A stretch of 64,000 bases of DNA from Candidatus Latescibacterota bacterium (lineage in GTDB: Bacteria; Latescibacterota; UBA2968; UBA8231): contig OZ244561.1 of assembly GCA_965217585.1 (NCBI GenBank), positions 7,200,001-7,264,000 on the forward strand. Reading direction: 5' to 3'. The translations under genes and the position numbers were made by a program. Below the pieces are notes generated by a model, which did not search any database, was not told where the DNA came from, and saw only the letters and a list, made by a program, of their open reading frames with translations. Below are positions 35,928 to 45,191 of the stretch, one piece after another. The stretch's first letter is position 1; each line of letters starts with the position of its first letter.

Positions 35928-37269
35928 AGCATGCTCCTTTAGTTGGCGTGTTTCCAGGAATCCAATCCGTCCCGGCCAAAGGGATCTTGGCCATGGCTGC
36001 CGCCTCAATGGTCAGCGCCGCCAAGTCCTCTGGCTCTAGGTTGTGTACGTGCGATTTGCCGCAGGCGCGGGCAATGGTCTGGCACTCCATAGTCATTACC
36101 CGCAGATAATTGGCAAGCTGTCGGCCTCCGGCCTCCGGGTCGAGACGCTGGGCCAATGTGTCGTTCTGGGTCGAGATGCCGGCCGGGTCTTGGCCGTCCT
36201 GCAAGTCGTCGTAAAAGCCCGCGGCCGAGCCAATTTTGCGGTATTCGGGGTCCAAATGCGGGCTGTTGTCGCCCAGCGCGATCAGCGCGGCCGTGCCAAT
36301 CGAACAAGCGTCCGCCCCCATTGCCAGGGCTTTAGCGACATCCGCGCCGCTGCGGATGCCCCCAGACACAATGAGCTGCACCTTGCGATGCATATCCAAT
36401 TCGTCGAGCGCCTCCACGGCTTGGCGCACAGCCGGCAGGGTCGGGATCCCCACGTGCTCGATGAACACATCTTGGGTCGCGCCCGTGCCGCCCTGCATCC
36501 CGTCGAGCACCACCACGTCGGCTCCGGCCTTGATCGCCAAGAGCGTGTCGTAATAGGTCCGAGTCGCGCCGATCTTGACGTAGATCGGCACCTTCCAATC
36601 GGTGATCTCGCGCAATTCCACAATTTTGATCGCCAAGTCGTCCGGGCCGGTCCAGTCCGGATGGCGGCACGCCGAGCGCTGGTCGATGTCCTTGGGCAAG
36701 GTCCGCATTTGGGCGACGCGGTCGCTGATCTTCTGGCCCAACAGCATGCCGCCGCCGCCGGGCTTGGCCCCCTGGCCGAGCACCACCTCAATGGCATCCG
36801 CCTTGCGTAGGTCGTCGGGGTTCATGCCGTAGCGCGAGGGCAAAAGCTGATAGACCAAAATCCGCGACTGTTCGCGCTCCTCCGAGGTCATCCCGCCGTC
36901 GCCGGTCGTGGTGCTCGTGCCCACTTCACTAGCGCCGCGGCCGAGCGCTTCTTTGGCCTGGGCCGACAGCGAGCCGAAGCTCATCCCCGCGATAGTGATG
37001 GGGATGTCGAGGTGGATCGGGTTTTTGGCGTAGCGCGTGCCCAGTACCACATCGGTGTCGCAGCGCTCGCGGTAGCCTTCCAGCGGGTAGCGCGACATGC
37101 TCGCGCCCAAAAAGACCAAGTCGTCAAAATGGGGCACCCGGCGCTTGGCCCCCCAGCCGCGGATATCGTAGATCCCGGTGCGCGCAGCGCGCTGGATCTC
37201 ATAGATGACGTCGCGGCCAAAGGTAGCCGACTCGCGCAGGCCTTCTTGGCCGTGGTGTGGTTGCGTCAT
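35920..37269 (-). CDS. mgsC: N-methylglutamate synthase FMN subunit (GlxD-like)
   Basis: LGASMSRYPLEGYRE, AGMSFGSLS, GQGAKPGGGG, RHPDWTGPDDL, DGMQGGT. Confidence 0.92.
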   Translation of the reverse strand: MTQPHHGQEGLRESATFGRDVIYEIQRAARTGIYDIRGWGAKRRVPHFDDLVFLGASMSRYPLEGYRERCDTDVVLGTRYAKNPIHLDIPITIAGMSFGSLSAQAKEALGRGASEVGTSTTTGDGGMTSEEREQSRILVYQLLPSRYGMNPDDLRKADAIEVVLGQGAKPGGGGMLLGQKISDRVAQMRTLPKDIDQRSACRHPDWTGPDDLAIKIVELREITDWKVPIYVKIGATRTYYDTLLAIKAGADVVVLDGMQGGTGATQDVFIEHVGIPTLPAVRQAVEALDELDMHRKVQLIVSGGIRSGADVAKALAMGADACSIGTAALIALGDNSPHLDPEYRKIGSAAGFYDDLQDGQDPAGISTQNDTLAQRLDPEAGGRQLANYLRVMTMECQTIARACGKSHVHNLEPEDLAALTIEAAAMAKIPLAGTDWIPGNTPTKGACCD

Positions 37270-37276
37270 AGAGCGT

Positions 37277-37969
37277 CTAGTACTCGGATGCGTTATCTAC
37301 CTTGAAGTTGTAAAGCTGGCGCGCCGAGCCGTAGCGGCGGAACTCTGCGGGTCGCACGCCGGGCAAGCCCACTCGCGCCAACAACTCGGCCAACGTGCTC
37401 AAGTGCTCGTCGCGCATGGGCTTTTCAATGCAGTCGGCCCCCAAGCCCGCGACCCGACCGCGGACGAAAATCCGCGCCTCGTACAGCGAATCGCCTAACG
37501 CCTCGTCGGCATCGCCGCAGACGACTAGGTTGCCGGCTTGCGCCATAAAGCAACTGCTGTGGCCGACCGAGCCGCCGACCACAATATCGATCCCCTTCAT
37601 CGAAATCCCGCACCGGCTCGCCGCATCGCCCTCAATGACCAGCAGGCCGCCGTGTCCGGTGGCCCCCGCGCACTGGCTGGCGTGGCCCTTCACTCTCACC
37701 AGCCCCGACATCATGTTCTCGGCAACCCCGACCCCGACCATCCCGTGGACGGTGATGCGGGCGCGCTGATTCATGCCAGCGCAATAGTAGCCAACGTGGC
37801 CTTCGATATCGATCTCCACGGGCGCATCAACCCCGGCGGCCACCGCGTGCGCGCCGCGTGGATGCAGAATCCGCCACGGCGTCTTGGCCGTCTCCTCGGT
37901 CAGATCGTGCAGGCGCTGATTGAGCTGGCGCAACGCCCCGGTCGCCAAGTCGAAAACCTCCGCGCCCAT
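37277..37969 (-). CDS. mgsB: N-methylglutamate synthase GXGXG subunit (GlxC-like)
   Basis: GHVGYYCAGMNQ, AENMMSG, RCGISMKG, LGDSLYEA, YGSARQLYNF. Confidence 0.92.
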   Translation of the reverse strand: MGAEVFDLATGALRQLNQRLHDLTEETAKTPWRILHPRGAHAVAAGVDAPVEIDIEGHVGYYCAGMNQRARITVHGMVGVGVAENMMSGLVRVKGHASQCAGATGHGGLLVIEGDAASRCGISMKGIDIVVGGSVGHSSCFMAQAGNLVVCGDADEALGDSLYEARIFVRGRVAGLGADCIEKPMRDEHLSTLAELLARVGLPGVRPAEFRRYGSARQLYNFKVDNASEY

Positions 37970-38871
37970 CAATTGGCTCCTCCCCAAGTGTACACCCGCG
38001 CCGGCTTGGGCTCCCAGACCTCCGCGTCGTCGATCCCCGGCAAGCCCGATAGCGCCTGGAACTCGCTGGCCATCGCCACGTACGCGTCCGTCTCGGCCAG
38101 CACCGCTGGCTTGCAGGCGATCGGGTCGCGCAAGACCGCAAAGCCATCGACCGTGCCAATGGCAAAGGTATAGAAACCATCCAGATCGTCGAGCGCCGCT
38201 TGCAGGGCCGCTTGCAAGGTATCCCCCTGCTGCATCCGCCACATCAAGTAACCAGCGGCCACTTCCGAGTCGTTTTCAGTGCGGATTTCGATCCCGCTGC
38301 GCTCCAGGCGCGTGCGCAGCCGATTGTGGTTACTCAGCGATCCGTTGTGTACTAAGCAGAGGTCCATGCCCGTGGAAAAGGGATGCGAGCCGTCGGTGGT
38401 CACCGCACTCTCAGTGGCCATGCGCGTGTGGCCGATGATGTGCGTGCCGCGCATCTTGCGCACGCCGAAGCGATCGACGATCTCAGCGGGCGCGCCGATC
38501 TCTTTGAGGATCTCGATGCTGCGGCCGATGCTCATTACCGTCAGGCCAGGATCTGAGCCAGCCAGCGCCCGCCCCAGCGCTTCGGCGTCGGCGCGCACGG
38601 CGATGACCGCGTAATTGGCGTTGACGCGCAGACTGGCCTCGCAGCCAAAGCGTGCGCCGAGTTGGTCCGCCAGCCCCGGCCAGTCGTAGTCGTCGGCCGC
38701 GTGCCGCAAGGTGACCTTGATAAAGCCTTCCGGCGGCTCATTGCCATAGAGCGCCAACCCCGCGCTGTCGGGGCCGCGATCGCTCATGCATATCAGCATC
38801 TCGGCGAACAGCGCGCCGAGTTGGTCGGCCAAGTCGCGTTTTTTTACGTATAGCCCAACAATGCCACACAT
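37969..38871 (-). CDS. mgsA: N-methylglutamate synthase amidotransferase-like subunit (GlxB-like)
   Basis: N-terminal MCGIVG, DRGPDSAG, GHTRMATES, VHNGSLSNHN, DSEVAA. Confidence 0.92.
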   Translation of the reverse strand: MCGIVGLYVKKRDLADQLGALFAEMLICMSDRGPDSAGLALYGNEPPEGFIKVTLRHAADDYDWPGLADQLGARFGCEASLRVNANYAVIAVRADAEALGRALAGSDPGLTVMSIGRSIEILKEIGAPAEIVDRFGVRKMRGTHIIGHTRMATESAVTTDGSHPFSTGMDLCLVHNGSLSNHNRLRTRLERSGIEIRTENDSEVAAGYLMWRMQQGDTLQAALQAALDDLDGFYTFAIGTVDGFAVLRDPIACKPAVLAETDAYVAMASEFQALSGLPGIDDAEVWEPKPARVYTWGGAN

Positions 38872-39018
38872 TGCATACTAGTCATTCTAATAAGGTGCTT
38901 GTTCTACCGCTCGCAGATAGAGTAAATTACGCAATCGCTTAGCTCGCAACAAACACAGCGAGGCAAATGCGCAAACGCGTCTTGATGGCTGTATTCAAAA
39001 ACCTATAAAGGCGAATCA

Positions 39019-39714
39019 ATGGCCAAATTCCCGGCAGTACAAGCCCTCACCTTCGACCTGTTCGGCACCGTTCTCGACTTGGGCGGCAGCCTGACCCCGG
39101 CCATCGCGTCCTATCTGCGCGATAAAGGGTCTTCCGTAGCGCCCGAGCACCTGTGGAACCAATGGCGGGCACGCCAGCGCCTAGAGCAATATCAGGACAA
39201 TATCCTCCTGTTGGGCCACAGCGGCTATTTGGAGACGGTGCAGCGGGCCTTGATCTACGTTTTGGCTTTGGAGGGAATAGACGTGGCCGCAGGGGATGTC
39301 CCCCGGCTCATGGAAGCTTGGCAGAACCTCAACCCCTTCGCCGATGTGAGGGCGGCCCTCGAAAAGCTAAAGAAGCGCTATCGCCTAGTCGCTCTGTCCA
39401 ATGGCGAGGCGGACTTTTTGGCCCATCTGGCGACCAACCGCATTGGCTGGGACTTTGACTGCATTATCTCGGTTGAAGAAGTAGGTGCCTTCAAGCCGCA
39501 TCCTGGGGTGTACCGTCGGGCCGCAACCTCGCTGCACCTAGAAGTGGGACAGTGCATGATGGTTTCAGCCAATTCATTCGACGTGCTGGGGGCACGAGCC
39601 TGCGGCATGAGGGGGGCCTTCGTCAACCGCAACACCCTGCCCTACGAAGAAACGCCGTACCGGCCCGATGTGGAGGTGGGAAATTTTATCGAGCTAACCG
39701 AGGCGCTGCTGTGA
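39019..39714 (+). CDS. HAD hydrolase, haloacid dehalogenase type II-like
   Basis: FDLFGTVLD, ALSNG, FKPHPGVY, SANSFDVLGA. Confidence 0.85.
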   Translation: MAKFPAVQALTFDLFGTVLDLGGSLTPAIASYLRDKGSSVAPEHLWNQWRARQRLEQYQDNILLLGHSGYLETVQRALIYVLALEGIDVAAGDVPRLMEAWQNLNPFADVRAALEKLKKRYRLVALSNGEADFLAHLATNRIGWDFDCIISVEEVGAFKPHPGVYRRAATSLHLEVGQCMMVSANSFDVLGARACGMRGAFVNRNTLPYEETPYRPDVEVGNFIELTEALL

Positions 39715-39781
39715 AGAAACACGGAAGAAGCGGAAAAGTTGAAAGTGCGAGCCAGAAGATCGAAACCAGGAGGTGGATGAC

Positions 39782-40672
39782 ATGAGAGACAAAGAATCGG
39801 GAAGAATGGCAGAGCCGGTGGTTATTTCCCTTACCAGGAAGGAAACGGAATCTCGGCACCTGAGTCCCGGACGGCTCAAACAGGCGGTGGGGGCGATCAG
39901 GCGGGACGGATATGTCGTCATCGAAAACGCGGTTCCCCATGAGCCGCTCGATATTCTCCGGGAGAAGATGGATCAGGATTCCAGGGTCTTGATCGATCGG
40001 GAGCAGTGGGGCGGCGCCGGAGGTCTCAAAGGTCACCTGCAACAGGGACCGCCTCCGTTCGCCCCCTTTGTCTTTCGCGAGATTGTCGCCAATCCGTTTG
40101 TGATTCAGGTCAACACCGCCCTCCTCGGCGAGGGAATCTTCAACAGCTTTTACAACGGAAACACCAATTGTCCCGGCAGCGGCACCCAGCCGTTGCACCG
40201 AGACGGGCCTCATCTATGGCCCGGTCACGAGCCCGCCCACCCGACCGCGTGCGTGGTGGCGAATATCTCTCCGCTCGATGTGACGGAAGAGAACGGGGCA
40301 GTGGAGCTGTGGCCGGGCACGCATCTGCACACCTTCCCGGAAACGGTGATCGACAAGGAAACCGAAGAGGCGCAAAGGAAGGTTTTTTTCCCCGTAAGCG
40401 GGTGCGCGAAAAAGGGAAGCGTGCTCATCCGGGACGTACGGCTCTGGCATCGAGGGGTTCCGAATCGTTCCGATCGGCCCCGGCATATGATCGCCCTGGT
40501 CCAATGCATCTCCTGGTACAGGAATCGCGGACCGCTGATGTTCAACACCGGTTGTGAAAAGGCCTTCCCCGATAATTGCGGTCTGAATCACAATGCGGAA
40601 TTCATTGAGGATCCGATTGATTATCTGTTTCTCAATCGGCCAGGGAGCAAAAAGAAGAGGATGAAGGGGTAA
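39782..40672 (+). CDS. Phytanoyl-CoA dioxygenase family Fe(II)/2OG oxygenase
   Basis: RDGYVVIEN, QPLHRD, ENGAVELWPGTH, DVRLWHRG..N.S..PR. Exact start uncertain. Confidence 0.88.
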   Translation: MRDKESGRMAEPVVISLTRKETESRHLSPGRLKQAVGAIRRDGYVVIENAVPHEPLDILREKMDQDSRVLIDREQWGGAGGLKGHLQQGPPPFAPFVFREIVANPFVIQVNTALLGEGIFNSFYNGNTNCPGSGTQPLHRDGPHLWPGHEPAHPTACVVANISPLDVTEENGAVELWPGTHLHTFPETVIDKETEEAQRKVFFPVSGCAKKGSVLIRDVRLWHRGVPNRSDRPRHMIALVQCISWYRNRGPLMFNTGCEKAFPDNCGLNHNAEFIEDPIDYLFLNRPGSKKKRMKG

Positions 40673-40697
40673 GGGGTCACTGTCCCCTCTCAAATAT

Positions 40698-40738
40698 TAC
40701 ACAGGGCCGTCCAAGCTGGTATTGGACGGCCCTGTGTA
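40698..40738. terminator. Perfect 17-bp hairpin between convergent genes (likely bidirectional terminator)
   Basis: tacacagggccgtccaa, 7-nt loop, ttggacggccctgtgta. Confidence 0.8.
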
Positions 40739-40769
40739 GTTGGGCTAGTTGGGCTGCTGCCGTCCGGCT

Positions 40770-43700
40770 TCAACCGCCAAAATTATAGGAAACAGCCAGC
40801 TTCACTCGCCGACCCTTGGGGTCGTGGGTAAAGCCGTCGTACGCTTGTTCGATGTTGACCAGCGGCGGCATAGTGTCGAGCAGGTTCATCCCCGACAGCG
40901 CGATATTGACTCCCTCGGACAAGTCCCACAGCAAGCTCACATCCCAAGTGACGAACGATTCAATGGTACCGAATTCGTCTTTAATGGCCGCATTATCGGA
41001 GTTCATCGATCCCCGGTCCTCGTACGACGAAATGTAGTTCAAGAAGCTCACGAGGCGGTAGGCTTCCCAGTAATAGCCCGCCGACACCTGCCCCTTCAAC
41101 TTCGGTAGCGAGGTTGCAATGGGATTGCCAAAGTTCAGATAGCCAGCCGCGTCTGCCCCCTCTTGCAGCACCAAATCGCCGAGCATCAGGGCCTTCGTCC
41201 GGTACTCCAGCGTGTACGTAGCGTCCAAGTTGAGCGAAAATTCCCCCACTCCGGCGTCCGTGTGCCCGCCCAGATGCAAATCAATCCCCGAGGTCTTGAC
41301 CCCTGGCCAATTGATGATATCAACTTGCACCCGCTCCAGTTCGGAGGCTGCGCACGTGCCCTTGCCGATCCCGTCCGGGCAGACAATGAACTGCTTCAGG
41401 GCCTCATTATTGGCTTCATCGGCATATAAGGCGGTAATGGCCCCGTGCGGCATGGAGCCGATGACATCCTTGAAATCGTAGCTCCAGTAGTCAAACGTCG
41501 CATCAAAGCCCTCCTCGGTGACTAAGACAAAGCCCGCATTATAGGTAAAAGCCTGTTCGGGCTTGAGGTCCTTGCTGCCGATTCGGTCCACCGTTTGATA
41601 GGCACCCGTTTCATTGATCCACTCGAGCGTCGAAAGCGGGCTTTCATTCACATCGTCCAGCGATGGCGTGCGAAACGTCGTCTGTACCGAGCCGCGCAGA
41701 AACACGGATTGAGTCGGCGATTCCACTAGCTGGTAGCGCCACCCAAACTTGGGATCGAAACTGCTCGCCACATCGTGGAACTCGTAGTTGGCGGCGAGTT
41801 GGGTATCAAAGCGCGATCCCAAGCTCAGGGGAATCTCGGCAAAGACGCGATGCACCGTCTGCGATTCATCATACGGCCGATTCACATTGGTGAACGCATA
41901 GGGCCCGAACCTGTCCTCGGCTGAGCAGGTGTCATCACCCACCACCGGACAGGGGTTGATGGTCACGTCACCCTCGTCGTTGGGATCGCCGCTGGCATTG
42001 AGCAGGCGGAACTGGTAGCCGGCCGCGTAACTGGCGACGTCCTCGACCCAAGTTCCGCTCAGCGTCGCATCGGCGACCAGCAGATCCGCGGTACTCTGTA
42101 GATCGACTTCCTGATTGAGCCAGTGCCGCAACTCGGGGCTGTTGGCAAGGTTGGCGCGGTAATCGGGATTCGCTTGAGTTGCAAAATCCGCGCCATATTG
42201 ATCCGCGAACTCGATGGCATTGCCGAAGGGGTTGTAGTACTGGCAGTCGCCCTGACCCGCCACTTGGTCGTTGATTGGGCCGAGCCGCATCCCAGCAAGA
42301 GACGAAAGATCGGCATCCACGCCAACGTCGCAATCGGGTCCGCCAAAACCGCGGAAGCCGAGGAACAGCCGCTCGATGTACACCCCCGGCAGATTGTAGT
42401 TGCCCTCGGTGCGGGAATAGGACAGACCTAGATCAAAATGGGTCTCTCGATCACCGAGTGCCACAAAATCGCCATTGGCGGAAGCCGCCACGCGCCACGT
42501 GCGGGAGTCGCGGCCCAGTATGCGCCCAGGACCCGAGTTGCCAAATGGACGGCCATTGAGATACCAGTTATCGCCGCCTTGGCATTCGTTGTAGTACAGG
42601 TCGCCTTCCTCAGCGCCGTAGTCCGCACAGAATGCCTCCCGGCCTGGGTGGTTGGGCGCGACCTCCATGATGCTCGTATCTGTCAAGGGGAAGGGAGGGT
42701 ACGAAGGCGTGGTGTACCACTCGGGAATCTCAGCCTCGGCCCACAAGCCCTCAAGGTGATACTCCGTGCCATTATCCAGCGCACCGTTGATCTCGGTAAA
42801 AGCACGGATATGGCTCATGTCCTCGATCAGGTTCTCATACTGCTGATAGCGGAAGCGGCAAGTCCAAGATTCCCGAAAGCCGCCAAACTGCTCGCAACGC
42901 GGGGCGTGGATGGCAGCGGTCCAGGGGGCCGGAGCACCAACGGCGAAAGTGCCCGGGTTCCCCAAGCTCGACCATCCAAGGCGCTGCCCGCCGCCGTGCC
43001 ACGGCTGCAGCAGGTAGTCCCTCTCGGAGGCTGGCAACTTTTGCCGTCCCCTCCATTCCCCAGCAACAATCGCATGGGCACTGCCGAGTTTCCCACCCCA
43101 GATCGCGCCGGCGTTGGTATCGCCCGCACCAGCGAGATACTCGTGCGCGGCCGAGACCTCAAAACCCTCGAAGTCATCGCGCGTCAAGAAATTGGCAACA
43201 CCGGCCACTGCATCCGATCCATAGATGGCCGAGGCTCCCTCCTTGAGCACCTCGACGCGGTCAATGGCGATGGCGGGGATGGCATTTACATCGACAAAGC
43301 GCCCCCCGATCAAGCGCGCCGGGACATAGGTCTGGCGGCGGCTGTTGATCAACACCAGCGTCCGCGAGGCTCCTAGTCCGCGCAGGTTCACGTTAGCAAT
43401 GCTCTCGGAAAGAGTGGCGGCTTGGTTGGCGTTGTACCAACTGCTGCGCTCGCCGATCACCCCGTGGCTGGCGCTCAAGTTTTTGAAGAAATCAACCGCC
43501 TGCGGCGACCCTTGTTCGGCCATCTTGTCCCGGCCGGTCACCGCAACTGCGTAGGGCAAGTTGATGGGAGATTCCTTAAAGGCGGTACCGGTCACCACCA
43601 CTTCTTCCAATTCGACCGCCTTGGCCATCAGCTCCAGTTCGACGGTCGTGGTCTCTCCCGCGACGACTACGACGGTGGTGGCTGCGCTTTCGTAGCCGAT

Positions 43701-43940
43701 CAATTCGGCTGCGAGCAGATGCTCGCCAGCGGGGACATCGGCCATGGTGAAACGACCGTCCGCGTCCCATACCGCGCTCTTGTTCAACTCCGCGATATAG
43801 ACTTGGGCGAGATCCAGCATCGTCCCTTTCTCAGCATCGACGACAATGCCCATAATGGTACCCGTTGATTCGGCCTGAGCGTGGGCGGCGGGCAAGGCCA
43901 AAAGTAGGGTCAGAAAAATGCACTTGCTCCAGAGTTGCAT
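40770..43940 (-). CDS. TonB-dependent receptor with N-terminal carboxypeptidase-regulatory-like domain
   Basis: Signal peptide; LEEVVVTG; NLRGLGASRTLVLIN; IDRVEVLKEGASAIYGSDAVAGV; LKPEQA; C-terminal GRRVKLAVSYNF. Confidence 0.93.
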   Translation of the reverse strand: MQLWSKCIFLTLLLALPAAHAQAESTGTIMGIVVDAEKGTMLDLAQVYIAELNKSAVWDADGRFTMADVPAGEHLLAAELIGYESAATTVVVVAGETTTVELELMAKAVELEEVVVTGTAFKESPINLPYAVAVTGRDKMAEQGSPQAVDFFKNLSASHGVIGERSSWYNANQAATLSESIANVNLRGLGASRTLVLINSRRQTYVPARLIGGRFVDVNAIPAIAIDRVEVLKEGASAIYGSDAVAGVANFLTRDDFEGFEVSAAHEYLAGAGDTNAGAIWGGKLGSAHAIVAGEWRGRQKLPASERDYLLQPWHGGGQRLGWSSLGNPGTFAVGAPAPWTAAIHAPRCEQFGGFRESWTCRFRYQQYENLIEDMSHIRAFTEINGALDNGTEYHLEGLWAEAEIPEWYTTPSYPPFPLTDTSIMEVAPNHPGREAFCADYGAEEGDLYYNECQGGDNWYLNGRPFGNSGPGRILGRDSRTWRVAASANGDFVALGDRETHFDLGLSYSRTEGNYNLPGVYIERLFLGFRGFGGPDCDVGVDADLSSLAGMRLGPINDQVAGQGDCQYYNPFGNAIEFADQYGADFATQANPDYRANLANSPELRHWLNQEVDLQSTADLLVADATLSGTWVEDVASYAAGYQFRLLNASGDPNDEGDVTINPCPVVGDDTCSAEDRFGPYAFTNVNRPYDESQTVHRVFAEIPLSLGSRFDTQLAANYEFHDVASSFDPKFGWRYQLVESPTQSVFLRGSVQTTFRTPSLDDVNESPLSTLEWINETGAYQTVDRIGSKDLKPEQAFTYNAGFVLVTEEGFDATFDYWSYDFKDVIGSMPHGAITALYADEANNEALKQFIVCPDGIGKGTCAASELERVQVDIINWPGVKTSGIDLHLGGHTDAGVGEFSLNLDATYTLEYRTKALMLGDLVLQEGADAAGYLNFGNPIATSLPKLKGQVSAGYYWEAYRLVSFLNYISSYEDRGSMNSDNAAIKDEFGTIESFVTWDVSLLWDLSEGVNIALSGMNLLDTMPPLVNIEQAYDGFTHDPKGRRVKLAVSYNFGG

Positions 43941-44032
43941 AAGACCTCTCCTTTTTCTGGGTTGAGATGGGTTAAGATGTGTAAGGAACTAACGTTCAAT
44001 TTCGTGCAGATGGCTAATATCATACTACCATT

Positions 44033-44146
44033 TAGTGGCTCTGTCCAATGGCGAGGCGGGCTTTTTGGCCCATCTGGCAGCCAACCGCATTGGCTGGAAC
44101 TTCGACCGCATTGTCCCGGTTGAAGAAGTAAGTACCTTCAAGCCGC
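44033..44146 (+). pseudogene. Diverged internal fragment of the HAD gene (direct repeat of 39386-39499)
   Basis: Manual alignment gives 11 mismatches in 114 bp, mostly transitions; encodes VALSNGEAGFLAHLAANRIGWNFD...FKP. Confidence 0.85.
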
Positions 44147-44152
44147 CCCCTT

Positions 44153-44497
44153 TCACCGAGCCAATCTCTCCCGTAGCTGCTGGCCTGAGATCGTCCCGCT
44201 TAGAAACTGCAAAACACTGTAGTGAACCATCGACTCTAAGTGCAGGCCAAAAAGAACCCCTCTATGTAGAGCATCAGGAAGAAGTAGCCATGCAGATTGA
44301 TCGCCAATCCTGGGGAAGTCTATCGACTTATTTGGCCCAAAATAGCGTATCCCTAACGTGGGATGTTCCACATCATCTTCTCTCCATCCAAGAGCAACTA
44401 TTGCCCACTCCTGCTTGATGTGTTTATAGACCACAGCATAAGGACCACCAATGCGATTTCTCGGGTTCCTTACAGCCAAGACGGTCTCGTTGTCCAC
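44153..44497 (-). CDS. Hypothetical protein
   Basis: 114-aa AT-richer ORF with GGAG RBS; GPYAVVYK, WAIVALGW, LGIRYF. Confidence 0.65.
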   Translation of the reverse strand: MDNETVLAVRNPRNRIGGPYAVVYKHIKQEWAIVALGWREDDVEHPTLGIRYFGPNKSIDFPRIGDQSAWLLLPDALHRGVLFGLHLESMVHYSVLQFLSGTISGQQLRERLAR

Positions 44498-44641
44498 GGT
44501 ACTCTCCCCCCATTGAAGGGTCGAGCGGACCTCGATAGCGGCAGCGGCGACCGCGGCCGGGACGGGTGTGAGGTCTATGTATTCCGGCCGACGGTCGCTC
44601 CCCCGAAGTCGTCCGCACGGCGCAAAAGCCGTCCATGAGCA

Positions 44642-44872
44642 TCAAACCGCCTCGGCGGCGACCTGCGCTTCTTGGATCGAGCCATACCCGTCGCCTTGAG
44701 CTATTTCCTCACCGCCGCGATAGACCGCAAACCAATAGCGCGGCTGGGGCGTCTGCCCATCGTCGCCGGCGACCAAGTGCTTGCCCTCTTCGCCATGACA
44801 GAACCAGCGCCCCGTCGCTTGTTTCCTTTTCCAGCACCCGCTCGGCTCTTGAGGGCGTGGCGCGTCTTGCAT
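44642..44872 (-). CDS. Small hypothetical protein
   Basis: MQDAPRP...RYWFAVYRGGEEIAQGDGYGSIQEAQVAAEAV; protein-like composition, start uncertain. Confidence 0.45.
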   Translation of the reverse strand: MQDAPRPQEPSGCWKRKQATGRWFCHGEEGKHLVAGDDGQTPQPRYWFAVYRGGEEIAQGDGYGSIQEAQVAAEAV

Positions 44873-45027
44873 TGGCTCGCCGTCTTTTCTGTTCGATCCC
44901 GCCGTCTCAGTTCCGCTCAATGTGAAGGCGCTGATTGGGGCGGCGGCTCTGGCGGAGACGATTCCACATTGAAATCATTCAAGTTGGTTGGAAACACATG
45001 ACTTATCGTTTTATATTAGCGATATAT

Positions 45028-45099
45028 GAGTAACTTATAAGTAACTCTTAAGGCTTTTCTTATAACTTTTTGGTGATTTTTTGCCCAATATGGTATAAT
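45028..45099 (+). promoter_or_regulatory. Extended -10 promoter with upstream phased TAACT repeats
   Basis: TGGTATAAT at 45091-99; TAACT at 45031, 45042 and 45063. Confidence 0.6.
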
Positions 45100-45191
45100 T
45101 GACCCGGCTGGGTCTATGGTGCCTCGAATCCCGTGCCGCGTCCAGCCGGAACCTGACGACCCTGGATCCCGCATTCCGATGGAGTGATGAG

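Noticed and set aside
34569-38871. Ordinary glnA plus split glutamate synthase
   Set aside because: Subunit sizes, order and motifs match the GlxBCD/GlnT (mgsABC-gmaS) cluster.
39782-40672. Fe/2OG halogenase next to a dehalogenase
   Set aside because: The facial triad is HRD...H (Asp retained), typical of hydroxylases rather than HxG/A halogenases.
39386-44146. Repeat pair as DGR template/variable repeat
   Set aside because: Mismatches are mixed transitions at A, G and T rather than adenine-specific, and no reverse transcriptase is present.
44525-44616. Canonical integron attC
   Set aside because: Lacks RYYYAAC/GTTRRRY ends and no intI is seen; kept only as an unexplained hairpin.
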